NCBI RefSeq assembly: GCF_000247565.1
Contig: NC_016893.1
Location: 540,001 to 572,000 of the forward strand
Reading direction: 5' to 3'
Source of the DNA: Wigglesworthia glossinidia endosymbiont of Glossina morsitans morsitans (Yale colony)
Lineage (GTDB): Bacteria > Pseudomonadota > Gammaproteobacteria > Enterobacterales > Enterobacteriaceae
DNA: 32,000 bases
The notes beneath the pieces were generated by a model. The model was not told the DNA's origin. It ran no database searches and saw only the letters and a list, made by a program, of their open reading frames with translations. The position numbers and the translations under genes were made by a program. Below, piece after piece: positions 8,405 through 18,488 of this stretch; the first letter of the stretch is position 1, and each line of letters starts with the position of its first letter.

Positions 8405-8947
8405 TTACTTTTGTTTATTGTAAAAGTTTGAATTCCAATCTACTCTAATTATTTTAGAATTTTTATCAATTTTTTTTATAAAAACTTCATAAACAAATGG
8501 AATTAAATATTCTTTAAATCTTAAATGATTTTTTTTTTGAGATCGTATTACTAATATATCATGATGTGAAGATCGCAAAAAATTTACTACTTTTCCTAAA
8601 TTAAAATTTTTTGTATTAAGAACTTGTAATCCAATGATTTCGTGCAAATAATATTCGTTATTTTTTAATTTATTTAATTGCTTTTGAAATAGCATAACAT
8701 TGAGATTTGTTATCGAACTAGCTGCACATCTATTGTTAATTGCTTCTATTTTCGCAATAAACTTTTTATAATAAGTTTTCCAAGAAGTAACGTAACATTT
8801 TTGATATATGTTATTTATTTTAAATATCCAAGGTTGATATTTAAATATATTTTGAGATTTTTCTGTATATGAAATTACTTTTACCCATCCTTTTATTCCA
8901 AAAGGAGCTCCTATTTTCCCTATAGAAATTAAAATATCGTGTATCAT
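8405..8947 (-). CDS. rimM: Ribosome maturation factor RimM
   Basis: 180 aa: ISIGKIGAPFGIKGWVKVISYT, EYYLHEIIGLQV, LGKVVNFLRSSHHDILVIRS, YLIPFVYEVFIKKID; between rpsP and trmD. Confidence 0.94.
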   Translation of the reverse strand: MIHDILISIGKIGAPFGIKGWVKVISYTEKSQNIFKYQPWIFKINNIYQKCYVTSWKTYYKKFIAKIEAINNRCAASSITNLNVMLFQKQLNKLKNNEYYLHEIIGLQVLNTKNFNLGKVVNFLRSSHHDILVIRSQKKNHLRFKEYLIPFVYEVFIKKIDKNSKIIRVDWNSNFYNKQK

Positions 8948-8956
8948 TAAAAATTG

Positions 8957-9199
8957 TTATTTTTTATATTGAGAGATTAATTTTTTTACTCGATTTGAAA
9001 TTTGAGCGCCTTTTTGTATCCAAAAATTTATACGGTTGATTTTTAAAGAATATGCAATAGATTTTCCTGAAGGGATTGGGTTTAAAAAACCTAATCTTTC
9101 AATAAATTTGCCATCTCTTGGTTTTCGGCTATCACTGACGATAACCTGATAGAATGGTTTGTTTCTTGAACCTTTACGTGAAAGACGGATAATAACCAT
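8957..9199 (-). CDS. rpsP: 30S ribosomal protein S16
   Basis: 80 aa: MVIIRLSRKGSRNKPFYQVIVSDSRKPRDGKFIERLGFLNP. Confidence 0.97.
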   Translation of the reverse strand: MVIIRLSRKGSRNKPFYQVIVSDSRKPRDGKFIERLGFLNPIPSGKSIAYSLKINRINFWIQKGAQISNRVKKLISQYKK

Positions 9200-9265
9200 A
9201 GTTTTTTATTGACTAATAAATTATAATAAATAGTACAAAATATTTTAGCATAAATTTTATTAAAT

Positions 9266-10630
9266 TTAATTTTTTCGAGGTCGAAAAGGTATTAAATTTT
9301 TAATTTTTTGCATAGTTTTTATTAATCCTTTATTTTTAATTTGTTTCATAATTTTTTCTGTATCATAAAATCTTTTTAATAATATATTTATATCTTGTAC
9401 TTTAGTGCCCGATCCAAAAGCAATTCTTTTTTTTCTAGAGCTTTTAATAATACTTGGATTATTACGTTCTTGTATAGTCATAGATTTAATAATTGCTTCC
9501 ATTTTTGTGAATAATTTATCATTTATATTTTCATTTGCACAATCTGCATATTGTGATGTTTTGGACAATTGGTGCATTACCGTTTTAATCCCACCTATTT
9601 TTTTTATTTGAGATAAATGTGATAAAAAATCATTTAAATTAAATGTTTTATTTTTTTTATCTAAAAAAGTTTTTTTTTGTTTTTTAATTTTACTAACTTG
9701 ATGTTCTACTTGCTTTATTAAAGAAAATATATCGTGCATTCCCAAAATTTTTTGTGCTAAAATTTTAGGAGAAAATATTTCTAATTGATCTACATGTTCT
9801 CCTGTTCCAATAAATTTAATTGGTTTTTTAGTGATATATCTCGCTGATAATGCAACGCCTCCACGTGCATCCCCGTCTAATTTAGTGAGAATAATTCCTG
9901 TAAGAGATAGTGTATTGCTAAAAGTTTTTATGTTGTTTATTGCATCTTGTCCCATCATAGAATCTATGACATAAAGTGTTTCTGATGGTCTGAAAATATT
10001 TTGCAATTGTTGAATTTTTTGAATCATCTTTAAGTTAGTATGCATTATTCCTGCTGTATCAATAAGTACAATGTCATGTTTCAATTTTGCTTTTTGAATA
10101 GCACTTTGAATTAAAATTTCTGCATTATTATTCAATTCTTGTACATTAAAAAAGTCTATTCCAGCTTTTTTTGCAAGATATTCTAATTGTTTTAAAGCAG
10201 CGGGTCGATGAAAATCAATAGAGATTGTTAACACATTTTTTGCATGTTTATTTTTTAAATATTTCCCTAATTTTCCAATCGTTGTAGTTTTTCCGCTACC
10301 TTGAGGTCCTACTAAAAAAATAATAGTTGGAGAATTTTTTGAATATATTAATTCTGATTGCGTACTTCCTATAATATTTATCAATTCATTATGTACAATT
10401 TTAATAAATTCTTGACCAGGTGTTAAATTTTTATTTATTTCTTTGTTTAATGCGATATTTTTAATTTCCTGAATAAATTTTTCAATAACAGGTAAGGCGA
10501 CATCTGCTTCTAAAAGTGCTATACGCACTTGACGTAAAGTATTGCCGATATTTTCCGAAGTCAATCGTCCTCTTTCGCTAATATTTTTTAAGATATTATG
10601 TAATTTATTAGATAAATTTGAAAAAATCAT
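9266..10630 (-). CDS. ffh: Signal recognition particle protein Ffh (SRP54)
   Basis: 454 aa: GPQGSGKTTTIGKLGKYL, HRPAALKQLEYLAKKAGIDFF, LTKLDGDARGGVALS, M-domain MEAIIKSMTIQERNNPSIIKSSRKKRIAFGSGTKVQDINILLKRF; precedes rpsP in transcriptional order, as in E. coli. Confidence 0.96.
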   Translation of the reverse strand: MIFSNLSNKLHNILKNISERGRLTSENIGNTLRQVRIALLEADVALPVIEKFIQEIKNIALNKEINKNLTPGQEFIKIVHNELINIIGSTQSELIYSKNSPTIIFLVGPQGSGKTTTIGKLGKYLKNKHAKNVLTISIDFHRPAALKQLEYLAKKAGIDFFNVQELNNNAEILIQSAIQKAKLKHDIVLIDTAGIMHTNLKMIQKIQQLQNIFRPSETLYVIDSMMGQDAINNIKTFSNTLSLTGIILTKLDGDARGGVALSARYITKKPIKFIGTGEHVDQLEIFSPKILAQKILGMHDIFSLIKQVEHQVSKIKKQKKTFLDKKNKTFNLNDFLSHLSQIKKIGGIKTVMHQLSKTSQYADCANENINDKLFTKMEAIIKSMTIQERNNPSIIKSSRKKRIAFGSGTKVQDINILLKRFYDTEKIMKQIKNKGLIKTMQKIKNLIPFRPRKN

Positions 10631-10666
10631 GTTTATTCATTAAAATTTTATATGTTATTAAATTTT

Positions 10667-12187
10667 TCAGTTTTTATTTTCAATAATTTTTTGTTTATGT
10701 AATGAAACTTTGGATTCTCTTTTTAGATTTTTTTCGCTTAATACTTTTAGTTTTTCTTTTTTCCAATGCAATTGATATGATTTTGCTAATTTTAACCCTA
10801 AATTTTCAAATCCGACATCCATAGTATGTCTGAACACTTTTCCTGACAAAGTCATGTTAGGCTGCTCTAACATTTCAAATAAATCATGAAAAATTTTTTT
10901 ATAAATATCTTTTTTTTTATTATAATATAAAATTTCTGCTATGTATTGCAAATCTTGTAATAAATTTTTTAATATATCGGATAATTTTTTTTCTTTATGC
11001 TCTAAATATGATATTAATTTAATATTTGGTTTACGTCCTTTTAATGCAACTCGATTCCAGTTTTCATGAATAAACTTTAATTCTGTATTACTAATCGGCG
11101 GAGATTGTACTAAAATACACCAAATTAAAAATAAATCTAAAAAATATATTTGATGTTTTTTTAATCCAATTGGAGAAAATGGATTAATATCTAAAGAACG
11201 AATTTCTACATATTCAATTCCTTTTGAATGTAAAGCATGAAATAGAGATTCGTTAATTTTTAATGTACGTTTTGGACGAATAGGAGTATATAACTCATTT
11301 ACTTTTTGTAATAAATTTGTATTTAATTGAAGGTAACGCTTATTTTTTTTTATACCGATTTTTTGATATTTTGAATAAGGCGTTTGTGTTGCCTTAAAAA
11401 GAGCTTCGATATATTCTGTTAAGTTATTAAATTTTATTTTTATTTTTTTTTGAACTTTGTTGATATAACCTATTTCACTTAATCTCAATGATGTTGCATA
11501 AGGTAAATATATATCGCCATATTTATTTTTTTTAAATGGTAATTTAACATTTATTTTTTTTAGAAATGAAGAATGTACAACCGGTGATGCTCCAAAATAA
11601 TATGTCATAATCCAACCAAGACGATAATAATTTCTTATCAAATTTAAATATCCCTCTGATGAAACCATTTTTATAGAATCTTTTTTACAAAAAACATGAT
11701 ATTCATTCCAAAATTTTTTACTGAAAGAAATATTATAATGTATTCCAGATATTATTTGAACACGAGCTCCATATCTATTTTTCAATCCGAAACGATAAAT
11801 ATTTTTGATTTTACCTAATTCTGAATTTCCATACTGTGCTATTAAAATAGATAATTCATTTTTTATTTTACATGGCATACTCATAGGCCACAAAAATTCA
11901 TGATGTAGATTGTTTGTAACAAATTTGTGTAAATCTTGTAAAAAATTTATCATATTTTCTATATTTTTATTTACTGGAGTAATTAGTTCTAGTAATGATT
12001 CGGCAAAATCAGTAGTAATCCAATTATGTGTTAAAGGGGATCCAAATAATTTTGGATGCAAAGTTTTTGAAATATTTCCATCATAATCAACGCGTAAAGT
12101 TTCTCTTTCTATACCTCTAAATATAATTTTAAATATTTCTGAATTTTCTTTAATCCAAGGAAATATTTTAGATGCTGTTGGTAACAA
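10667..12187 (-). CDS. gshA: Glutamate-cysteine ligase
   Basis: 506 aa: FRGIERETLRVDYDGNISKTLHPKLFGSPLTHNWITTDFAESLLELITP, GIHYNISF, YLPYATSLRLSEIGY, YVEIRSLDINPFSPIG, MEQPNMTLSGKV. Confidence 0.96.
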   Translation of the reverse strand: MLPTASKIFPWIKENSEIFKIIFRGIERETLRVDYDGNISKTLHPKLFGSPLTHNWITTDFAESLLELITPVNKNIENMINFLQDLHKFVTNNLHHEFLWPMSMPCKIKNELSILIAQYGNSELGKIKNIYRFGLKNRYGARVQIISGIHYNISFSKKFWNEYHVFCKKDSIKMVSSEGYLNLIRNYYRLGWIMTYYFGASPVVHSSFLKKINVKLPFKKNKYGDIYLPYATSLRLSEIGYINKVQKKIKIKFNNLTEYIEALFKATQTPYSKYQKIGIKKNKRYLQLNTNLLQKVNELYTPIRPKRTLKINESLFHALHSKGIEYVEIRSLDINPFSPIGLKKHQIYFLDLFLIWCILVQSPPISNTELKFIHENWNRVALKGRKPNIKLISYLEHKEKKLSDILKNLLQDLQYIAEILYYNKKKDIYKKIFHDLFEMLEQPNMTLSGKVFRHTMDVGFENLGLKLAKSYQLHWKKEKLKVLSEKNLKRESKVSLHKQKIIENKN

Positions 12188-12492
12188 ATTTACCTCTCAT
12201 TGTTTTTTGTAATATTAATATTATTGATAAGTATTTATTCTAAATCTTTTAAGATTGTAAACTAATATAGTAAAATGCAAATTTATTTTATAAATTAAAA
12301 TAAATTTTTTAATATTTAATATATTAAGTATATGTTACATTTGATGATATACAATATATGATTATTATTTTCATATATCTTTGATTACAGAATGACATAA
12401 AAAGTTATCTTGTATACAATAGTAATTAAATAAAACTTAATATGTTAAATATTTTAATTATATATAATAGTAGTATTATTTAATATTTTTAT

Positions 12493-13581
12493 TTATTGTA
12501 TGATATTTAATTTTTCTATTAACCAATGACAACAGTTTTGATATTGTTTTGGTAATTTCTTTTCTAGAGTTATTATGCTATTTTTTAATGCTTCATAATG
12601 ATTTGAAATTAAATTTATATGACCCATTTTTCTATACTTAGAAATACTTTTATTGTACCAATGTAAACATAGCAAAGGATCGTTTAACCAAGCTATATTG
12701 AGATAATTACCAATTATATTAATCATTACAGAAAAACAATTTATTTTAGGAATAGGCATAGGAAGATCTAATATAGATCGAAGATGTAATTCAAATTGAT
12801 TTATAGAAGAACTATTTTGTGTCCAATGACCACTATTATGGACTCTTGGAGATATTTCATTAATAATAATTTCGTTATTTTTTAAAACAAAAAATTCCAT
12901 TGCTATTATTCCAATATAATTTGTTGATCTCATGAAACTACTTAAAATTGATTCTGATTTTTCTTGTAGCAAATAATAATTTTTAATATCAGGAATACTG
13001 CATCTTAATATCCCCTGTTCATGGAAGTTACATGTTATTGGATAAAACACTATTTTTCCGAATTTATTTCTAGCTCCAATGAGAGAAATTTCTTCTACAA
13101 AATTAATTTTTTTTTCAGCAATATAATTCTCGTAAATTTTTATATTAAATTTTTTTTTGTCTTTAAATGACAATTGATATTGATTTTTCCCGTTATATCC
13201 TCCTGTTCTTTTTTTTAAGATGATATTATCTCCAAGAGTGTAAAAAATTGTTTTCCATTGAGAAAATTTTTGAATTTTTATCCATGAAGCAGTAGGTAAT
13301 TGTAATTTATCAATTAATTCTTTTTGATATAATCTATCTACAATTAACGGCAAAATATTACGATTAATGAATGTATTATTTTTACATATTTTTTGAATGA
13401 ATTTTGTTTTTTTCCAATGTTCTACTTCTACAGTAATAACACTATTTTTATGCAAAATAGTATTAAATTTTATTTGATTTTTTACGTTAATAGGAATTAC
13501 TGGAATTCCTAAAACTGATCCGGATTGAAATAGCATAAGAGATAATTGCCCATCTCCAATAACATACACAAATTTTTTCAT
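12493..13581 (-). CDS. purK: 5-(carboxyamino)imidazole ribonucleotide synthase
   Basis: 362 aa: YVIGDGQLSLML, NILPLIVDRLYQKELIDKLQLPTASW, ATP-grasp GGYNGKNQ, INEISPRVHNSGHWTQNSSSINQFELHLRSILDLPMP; adjacent to purE. Confidence 0.95.
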   Translation of the reverse strand: MKKFVYVIGDGQLSLMLFQSGSVLGIPVIPINVKNQIKFNTILHKNSVITVEVEHWKKTKFIQKICKNNTFINRNILPLIVDRLYQKELIDKLQLPTASWIKIQKFSQWKTIFYTLGDNIILKKRTGGYNGKNQYQLSFKDKKKFNIKIYENYIAEKKINFVEEISLIGARNKFGKIVFYPITCNFHEQGILRCSIPDIKNYYLLQEKSESILSSFMRSTNYIGIIAMEFFVLKNNEIIINEISPRVHNSGHWTQNSSSINQFELHLRSILDLPMPIPKINCFSVMINIIGNYLNIAWLNDPLLCLHWYNKSISKYRKMGHINLISNHYEALKNSIITLEKKLPKQYQNCCHWLIEKLNIIQ

Positions 13582-14078
13582 ATATTTATAGGTTTATAAT
13601 TTAATATCTTGTGAGTAATATCATTTCTTCTATTTTTAATGCGTATATGCAATGGTTTATCATGTAGCGCAAGAATTTGAGCAGCTAATATAGCTGCATT
13701 TATTGCACCTGATTTTCCAATAGCTAATGTGCCTACTGGAACTTCAGATGGCATTTGAACAATTGAATATAAGCTATCCAGTCCTTTTAGTTGTTTAGTT
13801 TCTACAGGAACGCCTAAAACAGGCAACAATGTCTTCGATGCTAACATTCCGGGTAGATGAGCAGCTCCTCCAGCACCTGCAATTAATATATGATATCCAA
13901 TTTTTTTAGCTTGTTCTGCAAACTTAAATAATTGATCTGGAGTACGATGAGCAGAAATTACTTTAAGATCAAAATTAATTTGTAGTTCTTTGAGAGTATA
14001 TGCGCAATGTTTGAGTGTATTCCAGTCGCTGATTGATCCCATAATAACGGCAATTTTTTTTTGATTAGTATTATGCAT
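13578..14078 (-). CDS. purE: N5-carboxyaminoimidazole ribonucleotide mutase
   Basis: 166 aa: VAVIMGS-type IAVIMGSISDWNTLKH, SAHRTPDQLF, IAGAGGAAHLPGMLASKTLLPVLGVPV, LYSIVQMPSEVPVGTLAIGKSGAINAAILAAQIL; ATGA overlap with purK. Confidence 0.97.
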   Translation of the reverse strand: MHNTNQKKIAVIMGSISDWNTLKHCAYTLKELQINFDLKVISAHRTPDQLFKFAEQAKKIGYHILIAGAGGAAHLPGMLASKTLLPVLGVPVETKQLKGLDSLYSIVQMPSEVPVGTLAIGKSGAINAAILAAQILALHDKPLHIRIKNRRNDITHKILNYKPINI

Positions 14079-14183
14079 ATTGTATATTTTTTAATATTTA
14101 ACTATTTATAAAAAATTGAAATTTTTTATTTTTAAAATGAAAATTTAATTTTAAATTATATAAATCAAATTTTTTATTTATTT

Positions 14184-14933
14184 TTAAATTTTTTCCAAAG
14201 TGTAAGAGATAGTAGAATTAAAGTATTTTGAAAATTTAATTAACGATAGTTTATTTTTTATTTCCAATACATAACCTGCTTTATCCCACATTCCTAAAAC
14301 TATTCTATAATGATTTTTAGGTAAGCGATGAATTCTTGGAAGATGAGTATGTCCGTGAATCATAATGCTTGCATTTTTTTTTTGCATTAGATTTAATGCG
14401 TACGTATCGTTTACATCCATAATTTTACTTTTTTTATTTTTATTATTTATAATGCTTTTATTTCTAACAAAAGTACTAATTTTAATACGCCATGATAATG
14501 GCAAATTTAAAAAAAATTTTTTCAGCCAATTTTTATTAATAATTTTTCTAAATTTTTGATATTTTTGATCATATGTACAAAGCGTATCTCCATGCAAAAT
14601 TATAGTTGATTTTCCATTCAAATTTATTATTGTACCGTTTGGTAGAATAGAAATATTTGCTAATTTTGCGTATTTTTTTCCAATTAAAAAATCTCGATTA
14701 CCATGTATAAAATAACAAGAAGTACCTTTTATAACAAGATTTTTTAATACTTGTGAGATTTTTAGTGAAATATCATCAATATAGTCGTCTCCAATCCATA
14801 TATCAAATAAGTCACCTAAAATATATAAAGCATTTGCGCTGCTTGCTTGATATTTTAAAAAATTTAAAAATAAATTTATTATATTTGGATTGTTTTGATT
14901 TAAATGAACGTCTGAAATAAATAATATTTTCAT
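14184..14933 (-). CDS. lpxH: UDP-2,3-diacylglucosamine diphosphatase
   Basis: 249 aa: LFISDVHLN, YILGDLFDIWIGDD, YFIHGNRDFLIG, ILHGDTLCTYDQKYQKFR, MIHGHTHLPRIH; gene order purKE-lpxH-cysS as in E. coli. Confidence 0.95.
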   Translation of the reverse strand: MKILFISDVHLNQNNPNIINLFLNFLKYQASSANALYILGDLFDIWIGDDYIDDISLKISQVLKNLVIKGTSCYFIHGNRDFLIGKKYAKLANISILPNGTIINLNGKSTIILHGDTLCTYDQKYQKFRKIINKNWLKKFFLNLPLSWRIKISTFVRNKSIINNKNKKSKIMDVNDTYALNLMQKKNASIMIHGHTHLPRIHRLPKNHYRIVLGMWDKAGYVLEIKNKLSLIKFSKYFNSTISYTLEKI

Positions 14934-15065
14934 TTTTTTATATTTGTTAAATTTAATTATGATATTAATCTATTTTAGTTTTTAAAAAAATTCATTTTAT
15001 TTTATTTGTAATTTTATTACAGTTTTATATAATATTATATACAACTTTTATCAAAATTCGAAAAT

Positions 15066-16469
15066 ATGATAAAAATTTTTAATACACTAAACAAAAAAAA
15101 AGAAAAACTAGTGCCTATTTGTTCTAAAATGATCAATATGTATGTTTGCGGTATTACTGTTTATGATTTATGTCATATAGGTCATGCACGGACATTAATT
15201 TTTTTTGACGTGGTTTTTAGATATTTGCAATATATAGGATATAACGTTAATTATGTAAGAAATATTACTGATATTGATGATAAAATTATTAAGCGTGCTC
15301 ACAAAAGAAAAGAAACGTATGATCAATTATCTAACGCTATGATTTATGAAATGCAAAAAGATTGTAAAATGCTTAATTTAATCCCTCCCAAGTATGAACC
15401 GCGTGTTACTAATTATATGAATGAAATTATTAATATGATTCAAATTCTCTATGAAAAAGGACATGCATATATTAATTACGACAACGACGTTTTATTTAAT
15501 CTTTCTACATACAAAAACTATGGGGTATTTTCTAAAAAAATAAAATTTTTTTTAAGTACAAAAAATATAAAACATCATACTTTTTTTCAAAAGGAAAAAA
15601 ACTGCGATTTTGTTTTATGGAAACATGCAAAATCTAATGAACCCAGTTGGCCTTCACCATGGGGAAAAGGACGTCCTGGATGGCATATCGAATGTTCTGC
15701 TATTAATTATGGAATATTTGGAAAAAATTGTGATATTCACGGAGGAGGTGCAGATTTAATATTTCCACATCACGAAAATGAAGTAGCACAATCCGTCTGT
15801 GCGCATACAGGAGCGCAAGTAAACATGTGGATGCATACAGGCATGGTAATGTATAAAAATAATAAAATGTCTAAATCTTTGGGAAATTATTATACGATTA
15901 AATCGTGTTTAAAAAAATATCATCCTGATGTAATACGATATTTTTTAACTTCTTCGCATTATCGAAGTCAAATTAATTATACTAATACGAGCTTAAAGCA
16001 AGCATATTATGCAGTTAAGCGTCTTTATTTTGCATTATTAGGCACAATGAGTTTGCCAATACAATATAAAAAAAATAAATTTTATTTAAAATTTTTATCG
16101 GCTATGAACGACGATTTTAATACTCCTAAAGCATACGCAATATTATTTACTTTAGCACGTAAAATTAATTCTTATAAAGAAAAAAACATGCATCAAGCAA
16201 ACAAATTAAGTACTATATTACGTGTTTTATCTAATTTATTAGGAATTTTATATGACAATCCTGACAATTTTTTAAATAGACATTTAAATTTATCACAAAA
16301 TAAAATTCAACAAATAAATACTTTAATTCAAGAACGTGAAATAGATAGAAAATTCCATAAATGGAAGGCAGCAGATATTAAAAGAGAACAATTAAAATCT
16401 ATGGGTATCATTTTGACAGATACTAAAAATGGAACAAGGTGGTTTATTAAAAATAATAAAAAATTATAA
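15066..16469 (+). CDS. cysS: Cysteinyl-tRNA synthetase
   Basis: 467 aa: MYVCGITVYDLCHIGHARTLIFFDVVFRYL, RNITDIDDKII, SPWGKGRPGWHIECSAI, HGGGADLIFPHHENEVAQ, KMSKSLGNYYTI. Confidence 0.98.
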   Translation: MIKIFNTLNKKKEKLVPICSKMINMYVCGITVYDLCHIGHARTLIFFDVVFRYLQYIGYNVNYVRNITDIDDKIIKRAHKRKETYDQLSNAMIYEMQKDCKMLNLIPPKYEPRVTNYMNEIINMIQILYEKGHAYINYDNDVLFNLSTYKNYGVFSKKIKFFLSTKNIKHHTFFQKEKNCDFVLWKHAKSNEPSWPSPWGKGRPGWHIECSAINYGIFGKNCDIHGGGADLIFPHHENEVAQSVCAHTGAQVNMWMHTGMVMYKNNKMSKSLGNYYTIKSCLKKYHPDVIRYFLTSSHYRSQINYTNTSLKQAYYAVKRLYFALLGTMSLPIQYKKNKFYLKFLSAMNDDFNTPKAYAILFTLARKINSYKEKNMHQANKLSTILRVLSNLLGILYDNPDNFLNRHLNLSQNKIQQINTLIQEREIDRKFHKWKAADIKREQLKSMGIILTDTKNGTRWFIKNNKKL

Positions 16470-16485
16470 AACAAACTTTATCTAT

Positions 16486-17352
16486 TTATTTTTTGAAATA
16501 ATTAAGATGTTTTAAATAAATTTGCACGGTGTTTTCTATTAACATAGCAACAGTCATTGGACCTATTCCTCCAGGAACAGGAGTGATATAAGATGCCACC
16601 TGCATAGCATCTCGATAATTTACATCTCCTACTATTTTTCCATTACTTAATCGATTAATACCGACATCTATTACGATAGCTCCAGGCTTAATCCAATTTC
16701 CAGGAATAAATTCAGCTTTTCCCACTGCAACAATTAATAGTTCTGCGTTTTTAATGTGTTTTTCAAGATCTATGGTAAAACGATGAGTTATAGTAACTGT
16801 GCAACCTAATAGTAACAATTCTAAACTCATTGGACGTCCTACAATATTAGAGGCACCTACTATAACTGCATGCAGTCCTATAAAATTTATTTGATAGTAT
16901 TGCAGTAGTTTAATAATCCCTTTTGGAGTACATGGACGTATATCTGGATACCTTTGGCATAATTTACCTATGTTGCATGGATGAAAACCATCTACATCCT
17001 TATAAGGAGATATTGTTTTTAATATATGAAAGCTATTTAATTTGCTTGGTAGTGGTAACTGTACTAAAATACCATCTATTAAATTATTACGATTTAATTT
17101 TTTAATTAATGTAATTAACTTTAATTCAGATATGTTTTCTGCAAAATGATAAAAATATGAAGTTAATCCTATTTTTTGACATATTTTTTTTTTATTAGAT
17201 ACATAAATTCTAGAAGCTGGATTATTTCCAACTAAAATCATAGCTAAAGATGCCGGACGCATGCCTTGTAGAAAAAAATATTTTAAATTTTTGTGTATTT
17301 TATGGATAATTTTATTAGCAACGAGACTTCCATTGATTATTTTTGCTATCAT
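16486..17352 (-). CDS. folD: Bifunctional methylenetetrahydrofolate dehydrogenase/cyclohydrolase
   Basis: 288 aa: LAMILVGNNPASRIYVSNKKK, DGILVQLPLP, KDVDGFHPCNIGKL, PCTPKGI, VGASNIVGRPMSLELL, YITPVPGGIGPMTVAML. Confidence 0.97.
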   Translation of the reverse strand: MIAKIINGSLVANKIIHKIHKNLKYFFLQGMRPASLAMILVGNNPASRIYVSNKKKICQKIGLTSYFYHFAENISELKLITLIKKLNRNNLIDGILVQLPLPSKLNSFHILKTISPYKDVDGFHPCNIGKLCQRYPDIRPCTPKGIIKLLQYYQINFIGLHAVIVGASNIVGRPMSLELLLLGCTVTITHRFTIDLEKHIKNAELLIVAVGKAEFIPGNWIKPGAIVIDVGINRLSNGKIVGDVNYRDAMQVASYITPVPGGIGPMTVAMLIENTVQIYLKHLNYFKK

Positions 17353-17501
17353 TTTGTAATTAATATAATATTTAATATAGATAATTTAGAATAGATAGTA
17401 TAAAAATTAAAGAAAAATTAAATTTTTTTTATTTAAAAATTTTTTAAAAATATAATTTTATAATATAGATTTAAAAGACTTTTTAATATAATATGAATTT
17501 G

Positions 17502-17575
<74 letters not shown>

Positions 17576-17736
17576 ATTACTTTATGTGTTATAAAACTTT
17601 TTTAAAAATCAAGTATTAAATTAAAAAAAATTTGATTATTCAGTTTTTTAAAATTTTTTTATACGAAATAAGTAAAAATATATTATATTTTATAAAAATA
17701 TATTCTTTATTGTAAATAAGCAATTAATGATATTAT

Positions 17737-18486
17737 TTATTTAATACTCAACAAAGTTTGTAACAAATTTTGATTTTTTGAAGAACTAGATAAAATTATA
17801 TTTCTCCAACCTAAGTGGTAAGCAGTAGAATATATTCTATGGCTTACAACCACTAATTTACACTGAATAATAAATAATGTTCGATAATGTATTGGAATAA
17901 GACCGTGAATTCTTATTAATATTGTGCAACTAGTTACTACTAATGTATTAATTTGAAAATATTTTATTATTTTTAATATCTGATTTTGCTCATATTGAAT
18001 AAAATTACGATAGTAACATTCGCAACTTATTATATTTGCTTTATAAAGTTTTAAACAAACTTTTAATTTTTTTCTTCCATTATTTCCTTTTAAAATCAAT
18101 ACATTTTTTTTTTTCAAATTAAATTGAGATAATAATTCTATTAAATTTTCACTAGTATTGCCATATTTTGAATAATTTGCTTTGATCCCACTTATTTTAG
18201 TGAAATATTGCGCACTTGTATGACCGATGGCATAATAACGCACGTATTTTGGCCAATTTAATTTTTCCAAAATTATTTGTGAATTTGCATAATAAACAGC
18301 ACGAGGAGAAACTATACATATCAGATCTTTATAAAATAAAGATGCTAATAATTTTTGTAGAATAATTAAATCTTTTCCTGGAGTAAAATATATTAGTGGT
18401 AAGTACCATGCTTTTTCCCCATAAGCTCTTAGCATTTTAACAAGATATTTGCCGTCCGGATATGGTCGTGTAATTAAAATGTTCAT
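17737..18486 (-). CDS. hemD: Uroporphyrinogen-III synthase
   Basis: 249 aa, divergent but starts MNILITRPYPDGKYLVKMLRAYGEKAWYLPLIYFTPG with IVSPRAVYYA; immediately downstream of hemC. Confidence 0.88.
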   Translation of the reverse strand: MNILITRPYPDGKYLVKMLRAYGEKAWYLPLIYFTPGKDLIILQKLLASLFYKDLICIVSPRAVYYANSQIILEKLNWPKYVRYYAIGHTSAQYFTKISGIKANYSKYGNTSENLIELLSQFNLKKKNVLILKGNNGRKKLKVCLKLYKANIISCECYYRNFIQYEQNQILKIIKYFQINTLVVTSCTILIRIHGLIPIHYRTLFIIQCKLVVVSHRIYSTAYHLGWRNIILSSSSKNQNLLQTLLSIK

Positions 18487-18488
18487 AT

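Noticed and set aside
9405-9611. Plus-strand 68-aa ORF antisense to ffh
   Set aside because: Shadow of the Ffh M-domain coding region.
14365-14559. Plus-strand 64-aa ORF antisense to lpxH
   Set aside because: Hydrophobic low-complexity shadow of a conserved gene.
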